Part shown: in pieces, positions 26,609 to 34,501 of the stretch
How the letters are laid out: the number at the start of each line of letters is the position of its first letter
How positions within the stretch are numbered: the first letter of the stretch is position 1
Position numbers and translations under genes: made by a program
Notes under the pieces: model-generated
The model's database searches: none
What the model saw: only the letters and a program-made list of their open reading frames with translations
What the model was told of the DNA's origin: nothing
Assembly (NCBI GenBank): GCA_035947855.1
Contig: DASZJR010000147.1
Coordinates: 1 to 46,868, forward strand
Source: Candidatus Dormiibacterota bacterium
GTDB taxonomy: Bacteria > Chloroflexota > Dormibacteria > CF-121
Length of the DNA stretch: 46,868 bases
Direction: 5' to 3'

Positions 26609-26929
26609 TCAGGCGGCTCCGCGGAGCCGAAGCACTTCCTGCTCCAACTCGCTGATCCGGTTGTCCCGCTGGACGATCATCTTCTTGTGTTCGGAAAGAA
26701 CTTTCTTGGTGAAGCGGCTGGCCATGTACCAGCGCACCCGGTCGACAAGACTTATGACGAGCACCATCAGCGCACCGATGGCGGCGCACGCGAGCATCAC
26801 GACCCACGTCGGGATGTCCTGGTAGGTGGCGCCGAGAACGTTGATGACAGCCGGCTGCTGGTTGCCCACCGAAAAGAGGGCGAGCACGATACCCAGCGCC
26901 AACGCGATGAGCCACCCGACGATCGCCAT
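26609..26929 (-). CDS. LapA-domain (DUF1049) small membrane protein
   Basis: Two TM helices, then a short coiled-coil tail (RISELEQEVLRLR): the LapA_dom architecture. Confidence 0.7.
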   Translation of the reverse strand: MAIVGWLIALALGIVLALFSVGNQQPAVINVLGATYQDIPTWVVMLACAAIGALMVLVISLVDRVRWYMASRFTKKVLSEHKKMIVQRDNRISELEQEVLRLRGAA

Positions 26930-27046
26930 AGCGGCTGTTCACCCCCCAGGTTCGGTCAGTGATGCGCACCGACGGGCGAGTCTTCGCCCGGCTCGTATAA
27001 CCGGGCGCGGCCGAGCGAACTTGCGGGCCGATACACTGCGAACTTG

Positions 27047-27835
27047 ATGGCGGTCAGTACCAAATCCGTCTGGAGCAGCCCGGCTGAGCCCGCGGAGCTG
27101 CAGCCATTCCGTTTTCGCGGCGGAACCCGCGGAATCCTGCTGATCCACGGCTTTGCCGGGACGCCCCCGGAGGTGCGCGGCATGGGACAGTTCCTGGCCG
27201 CGGGCGGTTACGACGTCATGGGACCGTTACTCGCCGGACACGGGCTCACGCCCGAGGCGATGGCCGCAACCCGCTGGCCCGATTGGGTCCGTTCCGCTGA
27301 GGATGCGCTCACGGAGCTTCGGCGTGACTGCACCGACGTCTTTGTCGGCGGCCAGTCGCTGGGCGGAACGCTGGCCCTCCACCTGGCGGCGACCCATCCG
27401 GAGGTGCGCGGTGTCTTCACCATGGGCGCCATGAGCTCGCCCGCCTACTTCCGCGATTGGCGGATCAAAGCGATTCGTGGGCTCAAGTACGTGGTGCGCT
27501 GGCATGAGCCTAGTGACGACGTGGACCTTGGGGACCCCGGCGCCGTGCGCTTGCTGCATAGCTACGCCCGCCGTCCCACCGTCTGCATCGAGAGCCTGAT
27601 GGCGCTGCTGCGCGTCGTCGACCGAGAACTGCCGAGCATTACCATCCCCTCGCTGATCACGCATGGCCGCCGGGACCGGACCGTCGACGTCGCCAACGCG
27701 CCCCACATCGTGGCGACCATCGGCTCGGCCGACAAGCGGCTGATCTGGTTCGAACGCTCGGGCCACGCCATTACCGTCGACCTGGAGCACGATGCCCTTT
27801 TCACGGCGGTGCTGGATTGGCTGAACGGCCACTGA
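27047..27835 (+). CDS. alpha/beta hydrolase, carboxylesterase / lysophospholipase-like
   Basis: ILLIHGFAGTP, nucleophile elbow GGQSLGG, C-terminal SGHAIT. The TGA overlaps the ggt ATG (TGATG). Confidence 0.85.
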   Translation: MAVSTKSVWSSPAEPAELQPFRFRGGTRGILLIHGFAGTPPEVRGMGQFLAAGGYDVMGPLLAGHGLTPEAMAATRWPDWVRSAEDALTELRRDCTDVFVGGQSLGGTLALHLAATHPEVRGVFTMGAMSSPAYFRDWRIKAIRGLKYVVRWHEPSDDVDLGDPGAVRLLHSYARRPTVCIESLMALLRVVDRELPSITIPSLITHGRRDRTVDVANAPHIVATIGSADKRLIWFERSGHAITVDLEHDALFTAVLDWLNGH

Positions 27836-29412
27836 TGGGCGGCTGGCCGGCCCAGGAGGCGCGGCGCGCGCCGCATGGCATGATCGCGAGTGTCAACCCG
27901 CTGGCGAGTGCGGCCGGCCTCCGGGTGCTGCGCGACGGCGGAAACGCGATCGACGCAGCGGTCGCGGCCGGAGCGGTGCTCACCGTGGTCGAGCCGTGGA
28001 GCGGTCAGCTGGGGGGCGACGCGTTTCTCCTGGTGGCGCCGGCCGAGCGGGGTACCGTAACCGCGATCAACGGCAGCGGGGCCGCTCCGCACCACGCCAC
28101 CATCGACCGCTATCTGGCCCTCGGTCGAATTCCCGAGTCCGGCTGGCTGGCGGCCAGCGTCCCGGGCATCGTTGACGCCTGGCAGGTGGCGCTCGAGCGT
28201 TTCGGCACGCGGCCACTGGGCCCGCTGCTCGAGGAGGCGATCGGCTATGCGCAGACAGGCTTTCCCCTGACCGCCCGGCAAGCTCGTCAGAACGCCGAAA
28301 TGGCCGCCGTCGCGGCAGGGTTCCCCGAGACCAGGGCGGTCTTCTTTCCGGATGGGCGGCCGCCTGGGGCCGGTTTTCGGCTTCGGCAACCCGACCTTGC
28401 CCGCACGCTGCGAACCATTCAGGCCGAGGGAGCGGCGGCGTTCTATCGGGGTGCTATCGCCCGGGCGATCGTGGCCGCCTCCGATCGAGGCGGTGGGCTC
28501 TTTTCAGAACGCGACCTGGCCGAGCATCGCACGCACGTCCTCGACGCGATCCAGGCGACGTACCGCGGCTGGACGGTCGCGGAGCAGCCGCCGGTCTCCC
28601 AGGGGCTGATCGTGCTGATCGCGCTCAAGATCCTGGACGGCCTCGATCTGCCCAGCGACCCGGCGGATCGCGCCCACCTCCAGGTGGAGGCGCACAAGCT
28701 GGCCCTGACGGAACGCCTCGAGCACGTTGCGGATCCCGCGTTCTCCCCCACCGCGATCGACCACCTGTTCTCAAGAGAGCGCGGCCAGGCCCTGGCGCAG
28801 CGCATCGACCGGAGGCGCGCCGCGGCCCTCCAGAACGAAGCGGCGGGCCACGCTGACACCACCTATCTCTGCGTGGTCGACAAGGCACGCAACGTGGTGT
28901 CGTACATCCACAGCCTCTACGCCGGCAACGGCGTGGTGGCGGGCGACACCGGCATTTTGCTCAACAACCGGATGGACTGCTTCAGCCTCGATCCGAATAG
29001 CCCCAACCGGCTGGCGCCGGGCAAGCGGCCCGTGCACACGCTCAACTCCTGGATGCTGCTGGAGAACGGGATACCTCAGGTTGTCGGCGGGACGCCCGGG
29101 TCGTTCTGGCAAGTGCAGACCAACCTGCAGCTCATCACCAACCTGATCGACCTCGGCATGCCCGTTCAGGCAGCACTCGATGCGCCCCGCTGGACGATGG
29201 GCGGACAGACCACCTGGTCGGATTCCGGCCTCAGCCTCGAGGCCCGTTTCGGCGATGCCGTCATCGGGTCGCTGCGCGAACGCGGCCACACGGTGCAGGC
29301 GATCGGCGACTGGGCCGCGGGGGGCGCCGCCCAGGTCATTCGGATCGAGGACGGGATGCTAACCGGAGGCGGCGATCCGCGACCGGGCACCAGCAGCGTG
29401 ATCGGCTATTGA
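27835..29412 (+). CDS. ggt: gamma-glutamyltransferase
   Basis: NAIDAAVAAG...GGDAFLLV, autoprocessing/catalytic Thr context HADTTYLCVVD, and GGTPGS. Confidence 0.92.
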   Translation: MGGWPAQEARRAPHGMIASVNPLASAAGLRVLRDGGNAIDAAVAAGAVLTVVEPWSGQLGGDAFLLVAPAERGTVTAINGSGAAPHHATIDRYLALGRIPESGWLAASVPGIVDAWQVALERFGTRPLGPLLEEAIGYAQTGFPLTARQARQNAEMAAVAAGFPETRAVFFPDGRPPGAGFRLRQPDLARTLRTIQAEGAAAFYRGAIARAIVAASDRGGGLFSERDLAEHRTHVLDAIQATYRGWTVAEQPPVSQGLIVLIALKILDGLDLPSDPADRAHLQVEAHKLALTERLEHVADPAFSPTAIDHLFSRERGQALAQRIDRRRAAALQNEAAGHADTTYLCVVDKARNVVSYIHSLYAGNGVVAGDTGILLNNRMDCFSLDPNSPNRLAPGKRPVHTLNSWMLLENGIPQVVGGTPGSFWQVQTNLQLITNLIDLGMPVQAALDAPRWTMGGQTTWSDSGLSLEARFGDAVIGSLRERGHTVQAIGDWAAGGAAQVIRIEDGMLTGGGDPRPGTSSVIGY

Positions 29413-29433
29413 TGTACCCGCGTGGGGAAGTGC

Positions 29434-29462
29434 TTGTCTTTGCGGAGAGCCGATGCTATAAA
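29434..29462 (+). promoter_or_regulatory. putative sigma70-type promoter of the lysine-rich protein gene
   Basis: TTGTCT (29434-29439) - 17 nt - TATAAA (29457-29462) in an AT-richer spacer. SD GAGGGAGG lies before the ATG at 29539. Confidence 0.35.
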
Positions 29463-29538
29463 TCGCAGGTAACAGCAGCGGGTCCTCATCCGCATGAACC
29501 ACGCGCGAACTCTGCATCGCGCATCCGAGGGAGGAAAA

Positions 29539-30012
29539 ATGCCAGCGAAGAAGAAATCCTCGACTAAGAAGAAGTCGACCGCGAAGAAATCGACGGCCAA
29601 GCGCGCCGGCGGCAAGAAGTCGACCGCCAAGCGCACGACGGCGAAGAAGGGCACCGCCAAGCGGTCGACCGCCAAGAAGACCACAGCGAAGAAGAGCACC
29701 GCCAAGCGAAGCGCGCCCGCCAAGCGGAAGAGCGCCCCCGCCAAGGTGAGCGCGCCGAAAGCCGCCTCCAAGCCGGCGGTCCGCGCGGCCGCCCCAGCAG
29801 CCCCGGCCGCGCCCAAACCATCGAGCTCATTCACCGGCGGTGGGCGTCCGGTGGCGCGGCCGGCTGAGCCGCCGATGCCGTCGTTCGGTGGATTTGGCAG
29901 CGAGCCCGGCATGGGCAGCGAGTCCGAGCCCGGCGCGCCCGGCGGCCCGGAACGGATCAAGATCGGCGAGCGTCCCCCGGAGCAGACCTGGCCCGGAGGC
30001 GGAAACCGCTAA
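29539..30012 (+). CDS. lysine/alanine-repeat histone H1-like (nucleoid-associated-like) protein with a Pro/Gly/Glu-rich tail
   Basis: Track ORF trimmed to MPAKKKSSTKKKSTAKKSTAKRAGGKKSTAKRTTAKKGTAKRSTAKKTTAKKSTAKRSAPAKRK... The antisense track ORF 29406..29960 is a shadow ORF. Confidence 0.75.
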   Translation: MPAKKKSSTKKKSTAKKSTAKRAGGKKSTAKRTTAKKGTAKRSTAKKTTAKKSTAKRSAPAKRKSAPAKVSAPKAASKPAVRAAAPAAPAAPKPSSSFTGGGRPVARPAEPPMPSFGGFGSEPGMGSESEPGAPGGPERIKIGERPPEQTWPGGGNR

Positions 30013-30069
30013 ATGAAATAGCGGCCCCCGACGTGGAAAGGGCCGCGAGATCGTTCTGGCAGTTCACAG

Positions 30070-30099
30070 GCCCCTGCCCCGTTGGGCAGGGGCTTTTTT
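30070..30099 (+). terminator. rho-independent terminator
   Basis: gcccctgccc-cgtt-gggcaggggc (perfect 10-bp stem) followed by tttttt (30094-30099). Confidence 0.85.
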
Positions 30100-30204
30100 G
30101 TTGCGCCAGAGGTTACAGCTACGTCCGTATACGCAGAGGGAATGGGCCGAATCGCCACGCGGCGCGTAATGCCAGGCGCGTTAGGTGTAGTAGAGGGATT
30201 TTCC

Positions 30205-30705
30205 ATGACAGCAGTGCGGCGCCTGGCAGCGGGCGGTCTGGCAAGCCTGCTGGCGCTCGCCTTGACCCTCCCGGCCTACGCGGCCACCAAGCCATCCAAG
30301 CCCACGCGACCGGCTGCGCCCGCCCCGGCCCGGCCGACCGCGATCCTTCCGCCGCTCGTCTTCCAGCTCAACCCGGTCAAGGTCAACCCGACCGTATTGC
30401 CGAACGTCATGATCCTCGGCCAACACCTGACCCCTGGGACCACCGTGCAGGTCGGCGGCCGGCCCGCGACCACCGTCCAGGTTCCCGACGCGAATCACCT
30501 CCTCATGAAACTGCCCGAGAACCTGTCGCAGGGTACCTATTTAGTCGCGGTGACAAACGAAGCGGGTACCACGTTGGCGAGTGACGAGCTCGTGATCGAC
30601 GACCCCTCGCAGCGCCCGAGCACGATGATGATGCTCGTCGGCGGCGGCTTGCTCCTCCTCCTCCTGCTCGTCATGCGGCTCGCCCGGACACCGGGCCTCG
30701 CCTAG
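30205..30705 (+). CDS. secreted IPT/TIG-domain protein with a C-terminal hydrophobic anchor
   Basis: Track ORF trimmed to MTAVRRLAAGGLASLLALALTLPAYA (signal peptide). Ig-like NPVKVNPTV...GQHLTPGTTVQVGG...GTYLVAVTNEAG. C-terminal MMMLVGGGLLLLLLLVMRLAR. Confidence 0.7.
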   Translation: MTAVRRLAAGGLASLLALALTLPAYAATKPSKPTRPAAPAPARPTAILPPLVFQLNPVKVNPTVLPNVMILGQHLTPGTTVQVGGRPATTVQVPDANHLLMKLPENLSQGTYLVAVTNEAGTTLASDELVIDDPSQRPSTMMMLVGGGLLLLLLLVMRLARTPGLA

Positions 30706-31802
30706 CGCGAGATCAAGAGTTGCAGGTCGGGCTCCTGGACCTGGTCGAGTTCCGCCTCCGGTGCCAACCCCGCCTGCGGCACCGCGCGCAGGGCCGCCAG
30801 CGCGCCCCGCATCTGTCCCAGGTTGCGCTTGGCTTCGGTAAAGGCGTTCTGGATCATGGTGCTGCCCCGCGCGATGTTGTTCTCGAGGAGGCGGTCGAGC
30901 GACGCGACGTTGTCGTCGATTTGCTGCAAGTAGCCTTCGAGGTTCTCGAGGTCGATCGACTTGGCGTACTGCAGGTGCAGGCGGAAGAGCGCCAACACAT
31001 AGGGGATCGTCATGCTGTAAGGCATCAGGATCACGCCTTCGCGATACGCCTCGAGGTGCGCACGGCGGCAGGCATTGAAGACCGGGTCGGGAACGGCAGC
31101 AAGCGCGAAGCCAAGCGTCGCCCCGGGGTCGATGTACTGCTTGACTTCTCTGACCTTCAGGCGAAGGACCCGCTCGATTTCCTGGACGATCGTTGCCTCT
31201 TTCCCCGGTTCCTGCAAGCCATCGTTGAGCCGGTCCAGCAACTCGGGAGACGGCCATTTGCTGTCGATCGGTAGTCGCTTGCCGTTCGCGAGGATGAGCG
31301 CGTACTCGACGACCTTGCCGTTGACGCGGAAGTTCATGTCGATCATCTCGGCAGGGAACTGGCGGAACGCATCCTGCAGGATGTTCTCGCCAGCGGCACC
31401 GCGGGTGCGGCTGCCCAGCAGGACGGTCTCGATCCGCCGGGCTGAAGCCTGGACGTCTTCTTCCATGCGGCGGCGCTCCTCCGCGTCGACCTTCAAACGC
31501 TCCATGGCGAGGCGCGCCTCGGACAGGTCTTTGCCGATCGCGTCTCGAACCCCGGCCGAGCTCTCGAGGACCTTGGACTCGACGCCCTGAACCGCCGTCT
31601 GCACCATGCCGAGCGACTGGCTCAGCGCGCTCTGCTGATTGCTCACCGCCTCGACATTCGACTTGAGCGCTCCCAGGTCCGTCAGCGCCGCGAGCACCGC
31701 ATCCGATGGACCGGTCGCGGCCGGCCGCCGGAGCAGCAGGGCGACCAGGCAGAGCAGGGTGGCCACCAGCAGAACCACGAGGACCAGTTCGAGGACGTTC
31801 AC
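30702..31802 (-). CDS. rmuC: DNA recombination protein RmuC
   Basis: N-terminal TM helix, long coiled coil, and a nuclease-like core (VEYALILANGKRLPIDSKWP). GTG start preceded by AAGGAG. Confidence 0.85.
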   Translation of the reverse strand: MNVLELVLVVLLVATLLCLVALLLRRPAATGPSDAVLAALTDLGALKSNVEAVSNQQSALSQSLGMVQTAVQGVESKVLESSAGVRDAIGKDLSEARLAMERLKVDAEERRRMEEDVQASARRIETVLLGSRTRGAAGENILQDAFRQFPAEMIDMNFRVNGKVVEYALILANGKRLPIDSKWPSPELLDRLNDGLQEPGKEATIVQEIERVLRLKVREVKQYIDPGATLGFALAAVPDPVFNACRRAHLEAYREGVILMPYSMTIPYVLALFRLHLQYAKSIDLENLEGYLQQIDDNVASLDRLLENNIARGSTMIQNAFTEAKRNLGQMRGALAALRAVPQAGLAPEAELDQVQEPDLQLLISR

Positions 31803-31879
31803 TTGGACTCCTTGAGGACGTGAAAAAGACGAATGGTCGTGTCAATGGTGGTTTGGAGCATGTCTAAAGTCAAGCAGGC

Positions 31880-31900
31880 GGTTTTGACAGCTGTCTGTCG
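31880..31900. promoter_or_regulatory. palindrome-containing motif, copy 1 (GACAGCTGTC core), 77 nt upstream of rmuC
   Basis: ggttttgacagctgtctgtcg. Its reverse complement shares 18 identical nt (cgacagacagctgtcaaa) with 39958-39975. Confidence 0.6.
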
Positions 31901-31922
31901 GAGCGCCCCACAAGGTGGAGGG

Positions 31923-32243
31923 TTATTTATCGACGGGGTAGCCGCGCTCGATCCAGGCGGCAGTGCCGCCGTCGACGTTGCTGACCGAGGCGTAGCCGAG
32001 TTGCTGCAGGTAGCCGGCGGCCGCCAGGCTCCGCTGCCCGCTGTGGCAGATGGCCAGGACCGGCCGGTCGCGGGGCACCTCGCTGACCCGCTGCTCCAGC
32101 TCACCCAACGGGATCAACTGGGCGCCGGGGACGTGGCCCTGCTGGTACTCCCAGGGTTCCCGGACATCGAGCAGGAATGGCGCCGGCTGGGCCTTGAGTC
32201 GCTCGCGCAACTGAGTGACGTCGATGCCGGGGACGGGAGCCAT
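31923..32243 (-). CDS. single-domain rhodanese-like sulfurtransferase
   Basis: Track ORF trimmed to MAPVPGIDV. LLDVREPWEYQQGHVPGA and the active-site loop AICHSGQRS. Confidence 0.85.
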   Translation of the reverse strand: MAPVPGIDVTQLRERLKAQPAPFLLDVREPWEYQQGHVPGAQLIPLGELEQRVSEVPRDRPVLAICHSGQRSLAAAGYLQQLGYASVSNVDGGTAAWIERGYPVDK

Positions 32244-32304
32244 CGGGAAAATCTTAGTCGCCGGAGCGCAAGCTTCACCGGCCACCCGGCGTCGTTTTCA
32301 CAGC

Positions 32305-33051
32305 GTGAGCAAGGGCCAGCAATACCTGCAGTTCTTCGGCTCGGACGCGCTCAAGCGGCTGCACGGCTGCGCGATCGCCGAAGCCGATCGGGGCGCCGAC
32401 AGCCCCTGCGCCGGCCTGGCTGAGCCGCTCCGCCGGCCGCAGATCGGGTTTGGAAACCCGCACGCACCGATCGTCTTCCTCAGCCCCAGCCCGCTGGATG
32501 CCGCCAGCGCCAGTAACGAGGCCTTCAGCGAGTGGCTCGATCACGAAGCCGGGCTCGAACACCACATGACGTCGGACACGCCGCAGCCCTACTACCAGTA
32601 CGTGCGGGCCGTGCTGCTCGGCGCGCGCCGCCGGCTCGGGCAGAAACCGGAGAAGCATGACGGGCTGGACCTCGCGTTCCACACCTGGGCGGTGCGTTGC
32701 TCGACGGCAAACCCCGACCTGGTGACCGACGAGGCCTTGAACCAGTGCGTCGACCGCCACCTGCACAGCCTGTTGGAGAGCATCAACCCGCAGCTCGTCG
32801 TTGCCATGGGCGGCCCGGTCGCTCGCCACCTCTGGTGGCGGACGATGCAAACCTGGGATGGATGGGGTCGGATGACCAGCCTGCATGGCCGTGTGCTCGA
32901 TGTGCAGCTGGGCAATCGAACCGTACCGGCCATCCTGAGCGTGCACCCCTTCCAGCGCGGCGTCGAGCTGCATCCGGAAGTCATCGGGCGCGCCATCGGT
33001 GACCGCTTACGGCCGGAGCAATTCGCTCCGCAGGAGTTGAAGGCCGCATGA
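32305..33051 (+). CDS. uracil-DNA-glycosylase-superfamily protein with a non-canonical motif A
   Basis: Collinear with family-4 UDG as I recall it. GFGNPHAPIVFLSPSPLD stands where family-4 UDGs have GEGNPxAxxMxVGExPG. VVAMGGPVARHL. HPF where family-4 UDGs have HPS/HPA. The start is uncertain (GTG 32305 chosen; track ORF begins at 32215). Confidence 0.6.
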   Translation: MSKGQQYLQFFGSDALKRLHGCAIAEADRGADSPCAGLAEPLRRPQIGFGNPHAPIVFLSPSPLDAASASNEAFSEWLDHEAGLEHHMTSDTPQPYYQYVRAVLLGARRRLGQKPEKHDGLDLAFHTWAVRCSTANPDLVTDEALNQCVDRHLHSLLESINPQLVVAMGGPVARHLWWRTMQTWDGWGRMTSLHGRVLDVQLGNRTVPAILSVHPFQRGVELHPEVIGRAIGDRLRPEQFAPQELKAA

Positions 33052-33257
33052 CCACGCAAACGCCCACCGATCCGCGCTTCATCGAGAAGGACGACGACAG
33101 CCATCTCCGCGAGCGCATGCAGCAGGCGGAGCAGGCCGTTCCGCTGCGGCCGGGTGCGCTCTGCCCGCATTGCGGAGGCCACGCTTTCAAGCGAGCCGAG
33201 CTCAAAGCGGGGACCCCGTGCCCTGCCTGCGGCAAGCAACCGCGCGTCGCCGCCTAG
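33048..33257 (+). CDS. 69-aa zinc-ribbon protein (CPHCG...CPACG)
   Basis: The ATG overlaps the upstream TGA (ATGA). MTTQTPTDPRFIEKDDDSHLRERMQQAEQAVPLRPGALCPHCGGHAFKRAELKAGTPCPACGKQ. Confidence 0.6.
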   Translation: MTTQTPTDPRFIEKDDDSHLRERMQQAEQAVPLRPGALCPHCGGHAFKRAELKAGTPCPACGKQPRVAA

Positions 33258-33287
33258 AGATCGTTGCGGCCCTTTTAGTATTGGCCG

Positions 33288-34070
33288 GTGGAAACCGGGC
33301 TCCGCGGACGCCGGGTGCTGGTCACCGCCGCCAGCCGGGGGCTCGGGTATGCCTCGGCCCGGGCGCTGGCCGCGGAGGGTTGTCGCGTTGCCATCTCCTC
33401 GAGCGATGAGCAGCGCATCCAGGCCGCGGCGAGCGCGCTGCGCGACGAGGGTTACGACGTGGTGGCGCGGGTCGCGGATGTCCGGCAGGCTGACCAGTGC
33501 CGCGATCTCGTCGCCTGGGCGACCGAAGCGCTCGGCGGCCTCGAGGTGCTCGTCAACAACACGCGGGGGCCCATCCTGGGCAGCGTCGCGGATCTGGACG
33601 ACCAGGCGTGGGTGGAGGCCGTCAACCTGGTGTTGATGAGCGCCGTTCGCCTCACGCGCGCCTCCCTCCCGACGCTACGGCGCGGCGGTGGGGCGATCGT
33701 CAACCTCACGTCGATCGCCGCACATCAGCCGGTCGACAATCTCGTGCTCTCCAACGCGTTGCGACCGGCGGTGGTCGCGATGGGAAAGACGCTCGCGAAA
33801 GAGGCTGCGCCCGAGGTGCGGGTGAATTCGATTCTTACCGGCCGCTTCGAAACCGATCGCATCAGGGAAGAAAACCGTCACCAGGCGCTCAAGCTCGGCG
33901 TCGAGCTCAGCGATTTCACGGCGGCGAGCATCCGCAACATTCCCCTTGGCCGGCACGGACGACCCGAGGAGCTGGCCGCCGCGGTCGTGTTCCTCGCGAG
34001 CGATGCCGCCAGCTTCATTACCGGCGCGACACTGGCGGTCGACGGCGGAGAGTATCGGGGCCTTTTCTAG
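33288..34070 (+). CDS. SDR-family oxidoreductase
   Basis: VLVTAASRGLG, NNTRG, and the catalytic region ...SNALRPAVVAMGKTLAKE. GTG start. Confidence 0.88.
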   Translation: METGLRGRRVLVTAASRGLGYASARALAAEGCRVAISSSDEQRIQAAASALRDEGYDVVARVADVRQADQCRDLVAWATEALGGLEVLVNNTRGPILGSVADLDDQAWVEAVNLVLMSAVRLTRASLPTLRRGGGAIVNLTSIAAHQPVDNLVLSNALRPAVVAMGKTLAKEAAPEVRVNSILTGRFETDRIREENRHQALKLGVELSDFTAASIRNIPLGRHGRPEELAAAVVFLASDAASFITGATLAVDGGEYRGLF

Positions 34071-34071
34071 C

Positions 34072-34443
34072 CTAGGGCCAGCGACCAGGAAACGGATCGA
34101 CGGTGGGTTTGGACTTCCAGTCCTCGCGAACCGGTGCGAAGACGTCCACCACCGAGACACCGTCGACGCCGGCTTTCGCCGAGTGGGGAACCTGGCTGGC
34201 GATCGTGTACGTCTCCCCCACCCGCAACTCGCGTGCCTGACCGTCGACCACCATGGTCACCGAACCGCGGAGGACGAACCCGACTTGCTCGTTCTCGTGC
34301 CGGTGCTCCGGAACCAGCATGTTCGGATCGATGTCAACGAAGCCGATGCTGAGCCGGTCACCGTTCACCGTCCGCGCGAGCACACCGTCCCAGATGCGCG
34401 TCGGCTTCAGTTTTGCGACGGTCTGAAAAACGCTCACGATCAT
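34072..34443 (-). CDS. cupin-domain protein
   Basis: HRHENEQVGFVLRGSVTMVVDGQ...VPHSA cupin motifs. Start ATG 34443 or GTG 34437, downstream of AAGGAGG. Confidence 0.8.
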   Translation of the reverse strand: MIVSVFQTVAKLKPTRIWDGVLARTVNGDRLSIGFVDIDPNMLVPEHRHENEQVGFVLRGSVTMVVDGQARELRVGETYTIASQVPHSAKAGVDGVSVVDVFAPVREDWKSKPTVDPFPGRWP

Positions 34444-34453
34444 CCTCCTTGCC

Positions 34454-34493
34454 CCCACCCTACCCTCCCCCGCAAGCGGGGGGAGGGAAATTC
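34454..34493 (+). repeat. REP-like hairpin element, copy A
   Basis: cccaccctaccctcccccgcaagcggggggagggaaattc. Stem ccctcccccgc / gcgggg(g)gaggg. Confidence 0.7.
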
Positions 34494-34501
34494 TGACCGA
34501 A

